32,000 bases of DNA from an uncultured archaeon (GCA_964577555.1 CAZNZM010000002.1:3012-35011); one strand, 5' to 3'. Shown: positions 1 through 7,612, counted from the stretch's first letter. The notes: a model not told the origin generated them from the sequence alone. Numbers and translations are program-made.

Positions 1-175
1 TATGGGCTCTGTTGTTGCAGGTTTTGGTGTTTGAGTGGGTGGTTTTTCTGGTTTTTTGGTGTTAAGTTGTGTTGTTGGTTGTGTTGGTGTTGTTTGTGGG
101 TTTTGTGGTGTTTTGCTTATTATGGGCTCTGTTGTTGCAGGTTTTGGTGTTTGAGTGGGTGGTTTTTCTGGTTTT
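1..175. repeat. Direct repeat: 55 nt identical (1-55 = 121-175) at 120-nt spacing
   Basis: tatgggctctgttgttgcaggttttggtgtttgagtgggtggtttttctggtttt occurs at 1-55 and again at 121-175. A 120-nt period equals 40 codons of the open minus-strand frame. The window edge may hide further copies. Confidence 0.9.
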
Positions 176-306
176 GTTTGTTGCATTGCTTTTGCTGATC
201 CAAAACTCTTTTTGAATGGTGTTTTAGGGGTTGGTGGTTTTTCGGTTTTATAATATGTAGGTTTGCGAGGATAACGCAGTAATAATAAATAAATTTTTTT
301 TGGCAT
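1..306 (-). CDS. Hypothetical P/T/K/Q-rich repeat protein, N-terminal 102 codons; frame stays open to the window edge
   Basis: ATG at 306 on the minus strand. Hand translation MPKKIYLLLLRYPRKPTYYKTEKPPTPKTPFKKSFGSAKAMQQTKPEKPPTQTPKPATTEPIISKTPQNPQTTPTQPTTQLNTKKPEKPPTQTPKPATTEPI has no stop down to nt 1. A TATA-like palindrome lies at -20..-31. Caveat: the minus strand is A/C-rich here, so stop-free frames arise easily. Not in the supplied ORF track because it has no stop in the window. Confidence 0.35.
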   Translation of the reverse strand, partial: MPKKIYLLLLRYPRKPTYYKTEKPPTPKTPFKKSFGSAKAMQQTKPEKPPTQTPKPATTEPIISKTPQNPQTTPTQPTTQLNTKKPEKPPTQTPKPATTEPI

Positions 307-325
307 TTTATAATTATATTTTTGA

Positions 326-337
326 TTTAATATTAAA
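326..337 (-). promoter_or_regulatory. Candidate TATA box (palindrome TTTAATATTAAA) for the minus-strand ORF starting at 306
   Basis: It lies -20..-31 from the ATG, which fits a leaderless archaeal transcript. No experimental support. Confidence 0.35.
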
Positions 338-386
338 CTTATTGTTTTTTTTTTGTTGATTTTTATTTGTTGCTTGTTAGCCTTAG

Positions 387-401
387 TTTTAATAAAATAA
401 A
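387..401 (+). promoter_or_regulatory. Candidate TATA box (TTTTAATAAAATAAA) for priS
   Basis: It lies -34..-20 from the ATG at 421, and no SD-like purine run sits between them, consistent with a leaderless or very short leader. Confidence 0.35.
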
Positions 402-420
402 GGGGTTTTTTATTTTGTTT

Positions 421-1662
421 ATGGGGGTTGAAGATTATTTAAGGCAGTTGCTTGGTGGGTATTATGGTTCTGTGAATGTTTGTTCTGTGCCTGATATTGC
501 CAAGCGTGAATTTGGGGTTGGGGATTTTGGGAAGAAGATTTCTGCTAGGCATCTTTCTTTTTCCAGTTTTGTGGATTTGAATTTTTTTTTGCGTGAAAAG
601 GTTCCTTTTTATATTTCTTATTCTAATGCACTTTATGATTTTCCGAGTGCTCGGCCTATGGAAGCTAAGGGGCTTGTTGGTGCTGATTTGGTTTATGAGT
701 TTGATGCTGATGATTTGAAGACCGATTGTAAAAAGTCGCATGATTCTTGGCGGTGTCAAGGTTGTGGTGCTTTTGGCAAAGGTAATTTGCGTAATTGTCC
801 TGAGTGTGGTTCTGGTACTTTGGTTGATGAGTGGGTTTGTCCTGATTGTCTTGGCGAGGCCCGTTCTCAAGCTAAAAAATTGATTTCTTTGCTTGAAAAT
901 GATTTTGGCGTGTCTTCTGGTGTTTTTGTAAATTTTTCCGGGAGCAAGGGTTATCATGTTCATGTTAGGGGTGATTATGTTCGCGGGTTTTCAAAGTCTG
1001 CGAGGATTGAGTTGCTTGATTATATTACTGGCAATAATCTTGATTTTGAGTCTTTGGGTTTTTTTTATGATGAAAAGAAAATTTATCATTGTCCTAAATA
1101 TTCGCGTGCCAAGGGTTGGGCGAGGAAGATTCTTGATGATGTCAAGTCGTTGTTTGTGGAAGGTGATGTTGAAAAAATTCGTGTTATTGGAAGTAGTGGT
1201 TTGCCTAAAAGGGGTGGTGTTGCTGTTGTTGAAAGTTTATTAAAAGAAAGGCAGTTAATATTCAAGGGGCTGGATGATGGTTTTTTTTGGGGGGTTAAGG
1301 GTTTGAAGCTTAAGGAATTTTGGGGGTCTGTGATTAAGTCTGTTGCTGATGAGTTGAAGCTTGATGTTGATAGGCAGACTTCGGTTGATATTAATAAGTT
1401 GATAAGGGTGCCTGATACGATTCATGGTTATACTGGTTTGTCTGCGAAAAGTTTTGATTTGGAGGTTTTTTCAAGGTTTGATCCTTTGTCTGATTCTGTT
1501 GTTTTGCCTGGTGATGAGGTGCGTGTTTGCAAGGTAGTTTCTCCAAGGTTTTTTCTTGGCGGGAAATGGTTCGGGCCTTTTAAGGGAGATAGTTTTTCTT
1601 GTCCTGCTTATGTTGCGTATTATTTGCTTGCAAGGGGTTCCGCGGAGCTTGATGTTTTATGA
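421..1662 (+). CDS. priS: DNA primase small (catalytic) subunit PriS
   Basis: ORF 367..1662 trimmed to the first ATG (MGVEDYL). Archaeo-eukaryotic primase motifs are present: LVYEFDADD (DxD), Zn knuckle CQGCG..CPECG, SGSKGYHVHV, RVPDTIHGYTGL. Confidence 0.85.
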   Translation: MGVEDYLRQLLGGYYGSVNVCSVPDIAKREFGVGDFGKKISARHLSFSSFVDLNFFLREKVPFYISYSNALYDFPSARPMEAKGLVGADLVYEFDADDLKTDCKKSHDSWRCQGCGAFGKGNLRNCPECGSGTLVDEWVCPDCLGEARSQAKKLISLLENDFGVSSGVFVNFSGSKGYHVHVRGDYVRGFSKSARIELLDYITGNNLDFESLGFFYDEKKIYHCPKYSRAKGWARKILDDVKSLFVEGDVEKIRVIGSSGLPKRGGVAVVESLLKERQLIFKGLDDGFFWGVKGLKLKEFWGSVIKSVADELKLDVDRQTSVDINKLIRVPDTIHGYTGLSAKSFDLEVFSRFDPLSDSVVLPGDEVRVCKVVSPRFFLGGKWFGPFKGDSFSCPAYVAYYLLARGSAELDVL

Positions 1663-2210
1663 TTTCGTATGATGATGTGAGGCGCATTCACAGGTTGGAG
1701 AAGAATTCCTCAAGGCTTGTTGATGTGAATCAGGAGTTTTATAGTGATTTGCAGGATTTTGTTCAGGCTGAAAAGAAAAAGTATTTGAGCAAGGCTAATG
1801 ATTCAGGCCTTGTTGATTCTAGGGATTTTGTGAATTTGAAGAAGATGGTTGAGGAGATTTTTTCAATGCGTGAAAAAAAAATTATGAATGCTGCTCTTGT
1901 GGCTTCTCATACTGGCGAGCCTTTGGAGGAAGGCATGACTTTGCAGGAGAGGAAGCTTTTCAAACAGGTTTTTGAGTTGCTTCGTTCTCATAAGGCTCTT
2001 TTGAATGTGGTTTTTTGCGGGGTTGAAAAAGGCCAGGGTTGTGATACGGATTTAAATAATCTTTCAGTGGAAATTTTGTCTGATATTCCTGCTTTTGTTG
2101 GAACTGATATGAAGGAATATGGGCCTTTTAAAAAAGGCGCGGTTGTGGTGTTGCCTGCAAAAATTGCTAAGGTTTTGTTGCAGAGTAATCTTGCAGAGGT
2201 GAAATCATGA
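1659..2210 (+). CDS. GINS-like replication protein (Gins51/Gins15-type)
   Basis: 183 aa with an ATGA overlap onto the priS stop. The N-terminus YDDVRRIHRLEKNSSRLVDVNQEFYSDL resembles archaeal GINS A-domains, and the size fits. A GINS gene adjacent to priS is a described archaeal arrangement. The call is from memory, not a search. Confidence 0.55.
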   Translation: MISYDDVRRIHRLEKNSSRLVDVNQEFYSDLQDFVQAEKKKYLSKANDSGLVDSRDFVNLKKMVEEIFSMREKKIMNAALVASHTGEPLEEGMTLQERKLFKQVFELLRSHKALLNVVFCGVEKGQGCDTDLNNLSVEILSDIPAFVGTDMKEYGPFKKGAVVVLPAKIAKVLLQSNLAEVKS

Positions 2211-2389
2211 AGTCTTTTGCGAATCGTAAAAATGTTTTTTTTAGGGTTAAATGTCGTTGTGGGCACGAGCAGGTTGTTTTTGGTGCGGCCAAGACAAAGG
2301 TGAGGTGTCTTTCTTGTGGTTCTCAGCTTGTGAAAACCACTGGTTCCAAGGCGGTTTTTATGGCAAAGGTTTTAGAGGAGCTTAATTGA
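2207..2389 (+). CDS. rps27e: Ribosomal protein eS27 (S27e)
   Basis: 60 aa with a C4 zinc ribbon (KCRCGHEQVVF...VRCLSCGS). ATGA overlap with the upstream stop. Confidence 0.85.
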   Translation: MKSFANRKNVFFRVKCRCGHEQVVFGAAKTKVRCLSCGSQLVKTTGSKAVFMAKVLEELN

Positions 2390-2399
2390 GGTTTTTTTT

Positions 2400-3170
2400 A
2401 TGCAAGAATTGCCTGAACAGGGTGAAATTGTAATTGGGCGGATTGTAAAGGTTTTGGATTACGGGGTTTTTCTTGAACTTTTGGAGTATGAGGGTGTTCA
2501 GGGTTTTGTGCATATTTCGAATGTGAGTTCCAGTTGGATAAAGAATATTAGGAATTTTGTTAAAGAAGGACAAATAAGGGCTGGCAAGGTTATTGCAATT
2601 GATCCTAATAAAAAGCAGATTGATATTTCTTTTACAAAGGTTTCTCAAAGCCAGCAAAGGGAAAAGATTGAGGCTTTCAGGCAAGCCAAGAGGGCTCAAA
2701 AGCTTATTGAGTTGTTGGCTCAAAGCACTAATCAAAGCACTGATGTTGCTTGGGTTGAAGTTGGGGATCCTTTGCTTGAAAAGTTTGATTCTTTGTATGA
2801 GGCATTTCAGGCTGTTCTTGTTTCTCCTGAAAAGGTTTTGCCTTTGGTTCCTCAAAAATGGGCTGGTCCATTGAAGGAGCTTGTGGAGAAGAATTTTGAG
2901 GTTCCTGAGAAAACTGTTAAGGGTGTTGTTGTTGTGCATGTGCCTGGTTCTAATGGTGTTGAGGCTTTGAAAAAGTCTTTGCTTGCTGGAGCCAAAAAGG
3001 GTGGCAAGAATGTTTCTATTTCTTATGAAGGTTCTGGCAGGTATTTGATTTGGGCTACTTCAACCAATTATAAGAATGCTGAAAAAATTTTGCGTTCCGT
3101 TTCTGATGAAATAATTTCTTTTGCAAAGTCTGTTGGTGGCGAAGCTGAATTTGAGAAAATAGATAATTGA
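2400..3170 (+). CDS. eif2a: Translation initiation factor aIF2 alpha subunit
   Basis: 256 aa. N-terminal S1/OB domain LPEQGEIVIGRIVKVLDYGVFLELLEYEGVQGFVHISNVSSSWIKNIRNFVKEGQ. GAGG at 2388-2391 lies 8 nt upstream of the ATG. Confidence 0.85.
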   Translation: MQELPEQGEIVIGRIVKVLDYGVFLELLEYEGVQGFVHISNVSSSWIKNIRNFVKEGQIRAGKVIAIDPNKKQIDISFTKVSQSQQREKIEAFRQAKRAQKLIELLAQSTNQSTDVAWVEVGDPLLEKFDSLYEAFQAVLVSPEKVLPLVPQKWAGPLKELVEKNFEVPEKTVKGVVVVHVPGSNGVEALKKSLLAGAKKGGKNVSISYEGSGRYLIWATSTNYKNAEKILRSVSDEIISFAKSVGGEAEFEKIDN

Positions 3171-3230
3171 TTTCTTAAACTTTTTAGGAGTATTTTTTAA
3201 GCTTTTGCAAATCAATATTTTGTTGGTTGT

Positions 3231-4001
3231 ATGCCTACTAGTGTCAAATTTGTGTCCAATAAAAAATTCAAGGATGCTGTGCTTTTTACAGGTTTGCCTG
3301 GAATTGGGCTTGTTGGCAAGATTTGTGTGGATTATTTGCTTAAGCAATTCAAGGCTGAAAAGGTTGCTGAAATTCATTCTGATTTTTTTCCGCCAAGCGT
3401 TCAAACTGAAAATGGCATTGTTGAAATGATAAAGGATGAAATTTATTATTTGGATTTTGGTGGCAAGGATTTTCTTTTTATTTCAGGCCCTATTCAACCG
3501 ACATTGGATGGGCGGTATTCGTCAATGCAGGAGCATTTTGAATTTTCAAGAAGCATAATCGAGTCGTTGAAAGGCAGAGGGCTTGGCGAGATTTGTACTT
3601 TAGCAGGCATAAATATTGGGGACAAGCGAATGCAAGTAGAGCCGCGCGTGGTGGTTGCTGCTACTAATAAAAAAAAGCTTGAAGAGTGGAAAAAGCTTGG
3701 AGCGGTTTCCGACAGGCCGATTGGAATGATAAGCGGCGTTGCCGGTTTGCTTTTGGGGATTGGCAAAGAAGAGGGGATTGAAGGCGCTTGTCTTATGGGT
3801 GAAACGAATGCTCGTATGATTTATGGCGATCCAGGAGCCGCCAAAAAAGTGGTTGAAATACTAATAAAGCGTTATGGGTTCAAAGTTGATATGACTTCCA
3901 TGGATCGAGAAGCAAAGGAAATTGAAAAAGCGTTTGCCGAACTCAACAAGCAATTTGAAGAACACGAGGACACTCCTGCTCATTTATCGTATGTCAGATA
4001 A
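3231..4001 (+). CDS. PAC2-family proteasome-assembly-chaperone-like protein (COG1938-type)
   Basis: 256 aa. FTGLPGIGLVGKI near the N-terminus and ISGVAGLLLG are typical of the family. It sits downstream of eS27 and aIF2-alpha, as in the known archaeal superoperon. Confidence 0.6.
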   Translation: MPTSVKFVSNKKFKDAVLFTGLPGIGLVGKICVDYLLKQFKAEKVAEIHSDFFPPSVQTENGIVEMIKDEIYYLDFGGKDFLFISGPIQPTLDGRYSSMQEHFEFSRSIIESLKGRGLGEICTLAGINIGDKRMQVEPRVVVAATNKKKLEEWKKLGAVSDRPIGMISGVAGLLLGIGKEEGIEGACLMGETNARMIYGDPGAAKKVVEILIKRYGFKVDMTSMDREAKEIEKAFAELNKQFEEHEDTPAHLSYVR

Positions 4002-4110
4002 TTAAAGCTTGCGTAATATTTTTTTAATTTTTTTGTGTCTGAAAGAAAATTTTAATATCGTGTATACGATAATTTTCAAGATTTTTTCTAATCAGTTTTT
4101 TGTAGAAAAT

Positions 4111-4830
4111 TTGTTTTTTTTGGTGAGCCGATTTTGTTTTTTTTTTCTTATTTTTTTTTGGTTTGTTTTTTTTTGTTTGTTTTTTTTTGGCGAGCCATTT
4201 TTTTGTCATTTTTCTTTTTTTTTTGAATTCTTTTTTTTTGTCAATTATTTTTTTAATTGGATTTTGTTTTTTTTTGTTTGTTTTTTTGTGAATTCTTTTT
4301 TTTTGTGAGCTGTTTTTTTTATTTTTTTTATTTTTTTTTGTTTTTTTGCAAGCTGTTTTTTTTATGGAATTTGTTTTTTTTTAGCAAGCCAATTTTTTTT
4401 GAATTATTTTTTTGATTTTTGTTTTTTTTTGGCGAGCCGATTTTGTTTTTTTTCTTATTTTTTTTGATTTTTGTTTTTTTTTGGCGAGCCATTTTTTTGT
4501 CATTTTTCTTTTTTTTTTTGAATTCTTTTTTTTTGTCAATTATTTTTTTAATTGGATTTTGTTTTTTTTGTTATTTTTTTTTGTGAATTTGTTTTTTTTT
4601 TCGTTTTAGTTATTTTTTTTTGTTTTTGTTGGTTTGGTTTTTTTTTGCAAGCTGTTTTTTTTTATGGAATTTGTTTTTTTTTAGCAAGCCAATTTTTTTT
4701 TGAATTATTTTTTTTGATTTTTTTTTTTTTTTGGCGAGCCGATTTTGTTTTTTTTTCTTATTTTTTTTTGGTTTGTTTTTTTTTGTTTGTTTTTTTTTGG
4801 CGAGCCATTTTTTTTGGGCAATTTTATTTT
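4111..4830 (+). repeat. Higher-order tandem array, unit ~302-309 bp, ~2.3 copies, built of T-tracts and GYRAGCY cores
   Basis: GG(T/C)GAGCCGATTTTG occurs at 4122, 4431 and 4733. GGCGAGCCATTTTTTTGTCATTTTTC occurs at 4189 and 4483, with a third copy at 4799 that diverges after the T-run. GCAAGCTG..ATGGAATTTG..TTAGCAAGCCAATTTTTTTTGAATTA occurs at 4348 and 4647. Copies differ mainly in T-run lengths. Confidence 0.9.
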
Positions 4831-4911
4831 TTTATTTTTTGTCAGACATTTTTTTGATATTTTTTTAATTGAGTTTGATTGAAATTCGTTTTTTTTTGTT
4901 TTAATATTCTC

Positions 4912-6174
4912 CTATTTTTTTTGTGGTTGGTTGTTGGTTGGGCATTTTGTTTCGTATTTCATTTCTTTACTTATTTTTTCAAATTCTTTTTCGTTTTTGC
5001 ATATTATTGGTTTTCCGTATTTTCCTCCACCGCCAGGAATATAAAGCACTAGTCCTTTTCTGAATGCTGTTATCATTTCTCCTATTTCTTTGTCTTCTTT
5101 CATTAGTTCTGCTTCTGGGGTTTCTGTCAGTATTTTTATTTCGTTTCCGAATTTTTCCACGAGTTCCATCCATTTTGCTTGGACTTTTTTTGTTTCGATT
5201 CCTTTTGAGTTTGTTGCTGTTTGGATTATTTCTGCAAGTGGCAGCATGTATTGGTATGGTGGCCTAAATTTTGGGTGTTTTTCTTGTTCCGTGTCTTTGA
5301 GCATCATTATTCTGTCCATTACTCCGCGTTTAATGTCTGTTTTGCATTTTATGCATTTCCATTTTAGTGTTTCCGCTTCTTTCAGCGAATATTTTTTGTG
5401 GCATTCTGAGCAAGCCGTGCAGTGGTATTTTCCTTCTTTTGGATTAAGTCCTGCGTTGAGTGTTATTAATTTGTCTTCGCGTTCGTTGAATGCTTTTTTT
5501 AGTGATTTGAAATCTGGTTTTTCCATTTTTATTTTTATGAATTCTCTGCCAATGCGGTGTGGCCAAGGTGAATGTGCGTCAGAACTTGTGAGGAATGCGT
5601 ATGAATGGTTTTCTGAAATCATGTCCGCCATGTTTGTGTCTGCGCTTAATCCCAATTCTATGAATTTGAGTTCTTTGTGCATGTTGCCGTATGCTGTTTT
5701 GAGTGAGTCGTAGAATGCATAAATGCCTGTGTATGGCGTGAATGAGTGTGCAGGTCCGAATATTCCACCAGAGTCGTGTATTTTTTCAGCCAATGCTTCT
5801 GGGGTTAGTTTGATGTATGGTCTGCCGCACATTATGCAGTCAAGGTTGCCGTGTGGCAAAAGTTTTTCTCTTAATTCTAAAGCGTTTTCAATTGCTGGGA
5901 GGTAGAAGAGGTGGTGTATTCCGTTTTTGTCTTCTGCTTCTCCGCCTATTATGTAATTGCAGTTTTGGTTTTTGTCTGCATAAACCCCGTTTTCTGTTTC
6001 TATTATGTTTTGTTTGACGTGTTTGAGCCATTCTTTGTGCAGTATGTCGCCTGTTGATAGCACTTCTATTCCTTTGAGTTTTGCTTGTTCGGATAAGATG
6101 GGTATTTCCATGTTTTTGCTTACCCCTCCAGCGTATTTTCCATGTATTTGCAGGTCTAAAACGAATTCGCGCAT
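4912..6174 (-). CDS. Endonuclease Q-like protein (PHP-domain phosphoesterase with Zn ribbon, COG1379-type)
   Basis: 420 aa. Blocks recalled from EndoQ are present: GPAHSFTPYT, ELGLSADTNMADMI, SDAHSPWPHRIGREF, NAGLNPKEGKYHCTACSEC...KWKCIKC, RGVMDRI, PLAEII, IPGGGGKYG. Confidence 0.75.
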   Translation of the reverse strand: MREFVLDLQIHGKYAGGVSKNMEIPILSEQAKLKGIEVLSTGDILHKEWLKHVKQNIIETENGVYADKNQNCNYIIGGEAEDKNGIHHLFYLPAIENALELREKLLPHGNLDCIMCGRPYIKLTPEALAEKIHDSGGIFGPAHSFTPYTGIYAFYDSLKTAYGNMHKELKFIELGLSADTNMADMISENHSYAFLTSSDAHSPWPHRIGREFIKIKMEKPDFKSLKKAFNEREDKLITLNAGLNPKEGKYHCTACSECHKKYSLKEAETLKWKCIKCKTDIKRGVMDRIMMLKDTEQEKHPKFRPPYQYMLPLAEIIQTATNSKGIETKKVQAKWMELVEKFGNEIKILTETPEAELMKEDKEIGEMITAFRKGLVLYIPGGGGKYGKPIICKNEKEFEKISKEMKYETKCPTNNQPQKK

Positions 6175-6197
6175 TGATGATTTTTTGCCAAGACATT

Positions 6198-6207
6198 GTT
6201 TTAAATT
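6198..6207. promoter_or_regulatory. Candidate shared TATA element GTTTTAAATT in the 68-bp divergent spacer
   Basis: It lies -24..-33 from the EndoQ ATG (6174, minus strand) and -36..-45 from the methyltransferase ATG (6243, plus strand). Near-palindromic A/T core. Confidence 0.3.
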
Positions 6208-6242
6208 GGTTGCAGGAGGGTTTTTTTGTTGTAGGCGTTTTT

Positions 6243-6869
6243 ATGTCAACTGAATTTGATTTAGGACATACAATGAGAATAACTGGCGAGTCTAAAAGTG
6301 AGTGGTTGAAAAGAAAGTTTGAGACAATGGTGTTGCCGCAGTTTAGGGTGGTTAGCCAAAATTCTGTGCTTGATGGAAAAAGAGTTCTTGAGTTTGGTTG
6401 TTTTGCAGGTCAATTGACTGATTATATTAACAAAAATTCTTCAGCTAAGTGTGTTGGGCTTGACGTAAAATTGCTTGAAAAGAGAAAGGGTTTGTATGAG
6501 TATGATGGGAAAAGAATTCCTTTCAATGATGGAGAATTTGATATTGTCACTTGTTTTGAAGTGATTGAACATGTTTTTAATCCTGTTGAAACTTTGGCTG
6601 AAATAAACAGGGTGTTGAAAAAGGGCGGGGTGCTTTATATTACTGCGCCGAACAAGTTTTGGGTTTCGTTGGGTTGGGGGCATAACAGTCTTGAAATGCA
6701 TTTGCGTCATATTTTTCGTAAAAATCCTGATTGTGTCAATCTTTTTTCTTGGTGGGAAATAACTAAACTGCTTGAAGATGCTGGTTTTAATTGGGTTTCT
6801 TTGCAAAAAAAGCCTTTTTGGTTGTCGCGCGGCTGGTTGCTTAAATGCGTGAAAATAAAAAATAAATAA
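6243..6869 (+). CDS. Class I SAM-dependent methyltransferase
   Basis: ORF 6081..6869 trimmed to the ATG at 6243 (MSTEFDL), because the upstream part overlaps the EndoQ start. Motifs: VLEFGCFAGQLT (degenerate motif I), FDIVTCFEVIEHV, LKKGGVLYITAPN. Confidence 0.7.
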   Translation: MSTEFDLGHTMRITGESKSEWLKRKFETMVLPQFRVVSQNSVLDGKRVLEFGCFAGQLTDYINKNSSAKCVGLDVKLLEKRKGLYEYDGKRIPFNDGEFDIVTCFEVIEHVFNPVETLAEINRVLKKGGVLYITAPNKFWVSLGWGHNSLEMHLRHIFRKNPDCVNLFSWWEITKLLEDAGFNWVSLQKKPFWLSRGWLLKCVKIKNK

Positions 6870-6923
6870 GCATTAATATTGTGTTGGTTGTATTTTTTTG
6901 GGTTTGGAAAAAAAGGTTTTTTT

Positions 6924-7571
6924 ATGGTAAAGTTTACTGAGACGCAAAGAAAAATAGCTGTGTTGCTTTTACATGCTTCTAAAACTGCTGATGACATTTC
7001 AAAGCAGTTGAATTTGCCTTTGATTGAGGTTAATGATGCTTTGAAGGATATGTTGAAGCTTAAGGTTGTGAAGCTTGATGGTTATCCGCCTAAGTATTCT
7101 TTGATGGAAAGTATTGTTGAAGCCGTGAAAAGGCGAAAGGAGTTGCAGGAAAAGGATCCTTTTGAATTGAGGTTGAAAGCCATTATTGAGTTTAAGGCTG
7201 TGGAAGAAAGTCTTCTTGAAAAAATGGTTTCCGAAATAGAGGCAAAGTTGCGCAAGGAAAAGAATTTTACTATTTATGAGATTTACCGGGCCAAGCCTAT
7301 TAAGGAAGGGACTCATTATAGCGCTTATTTGGAGGTTAATTTCAGTGTTGCTGATTTTTCAACTTTGGTTCAATTCATGTATTATTATGGGCCTGTTTCT
7401 GTTGAGGTCATAAAGCCGCAAAAAATAGTTATTTCAATGGACGATCTTCAGGATGGGCTTATGGACATGGCTGAAATGATTCAAGCTTATAATGCTTCCA
7501 TGCTTAAATACATGGAAAAGGAAGAGCTTGAAGAATTCGCAAAAAACCTTTACAAGCCAAGCCAGGATTGA
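6924..7571 (+). CDS. Hypothetical protein with N-terminal winged-helix-like domain
   Basis: ORF 6879..7571 trimmed to the ATG at 6924 (MVKFTETQRKIAVLLLHASKTADDISKQLNLPLIEVNDALKDMLKLKVVKL). The C-terminal domain is not recognised. Confidence 0.5.
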   Translation: MVKFTETQRKIAVLLLHASKTADDISKQLNLPLIEVNDALKDMLKLKVVKLDGYPPKYSLMESIVEAVKRRKELQEKDPFELRLKAIIEFKAVEESLLEKMVSEIEAKLRKEKNFTIYEIYRAKPIKEGTHYSAYLEVNFSVADFSTLVQFMYYYGPVSVEVIKPQKIVISMDDLQDGLMDMAEMIQAYNASMLKYMEKEELEEFAKNLYKPSQD

Positions 7572-7612
7572 TTTTTCGTTTTAAGTCGTAATTGTTATTA
7601 TAAATTGTTTGG

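Noticed and set aside
367-420. Upstream non-ATG extensions in the ORF track (367 for priS, 6081 for the methyltransferase, 6879, 11395, 19764, 29076, 29674).
   Set aside because: The extensions are poly-F/L/C reads of T-rich spacer or overlap the neighbouring gene. In every case an ATG with sensible promoter or SD context follows.
439-963. Long antisense or alternate-frame ORFs inside confident genes, for example 439..963, 2382..2939, 5090..5713, 12534..13346, 14223..14555, 15562..16050, 21479..21880, 23323..23775, 24709..25131, 27239..27871, 28043..28687, 29126..29446 and 31267..31782.
   Set aside because: Each overlaps a gene with clear family motifs on the other strand or frame. Their translations are compositionally biased with no motifs, as expected from the strong skew.
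3171-3230. A hidden Nop10 gene between aIF2-alpha and the PAC2-like gene.
   Set aside because: The gap is only 60 nt and has no zinc-ribbon-like ORF. The absence is reported as part of the operon finding instead.
4024-4209. Minus-strand poly-Lys ORFs in the arrays (4024..4209, 11301..11504, 19058..19249).
   Set aside because: They are the mirror artefact of the same composition, since the A-rich strand lacks T for stop codons. Long runs of AAA codons are unlikely to be translatable genes.
4111-4830. Reading the periodic short cores separated by T-rich stretches as a CRISPR array.
   Set aside because: The repeats are 7-10 nt and degenerate, not 24-40 nt and constant. The would-be spacers are themselves repeated low-complexity T-runs. 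No cas genes or leader are present.
4009-4857. Plus-strand ORFs 4009..4308, 4412..4609 and 4552..4857 encoding poly-Phe proteins. The same type occurs at 11033..11461, 16747..16989, 16755..16940, 18892..19275, 18974..19216, 19837..20160 and 22050..22412.
   Set aside because: They lie in T-tract arrays where stop codons are rare simply because A is scarce. The translations are low-complexity F/L/C/V strings, and they have no plausible starts or motifs.
4002-4911. Replication origin, given an A/T-rich repeat-laden spacer near priS and GINS.
   Set aside because: No ORB or mini-ORB-like dyad elements were seen, and no orc1/cdc6 gene is adjacent. The sign of the skew does not change across the region, and the same repeats occur in seven other spacers.
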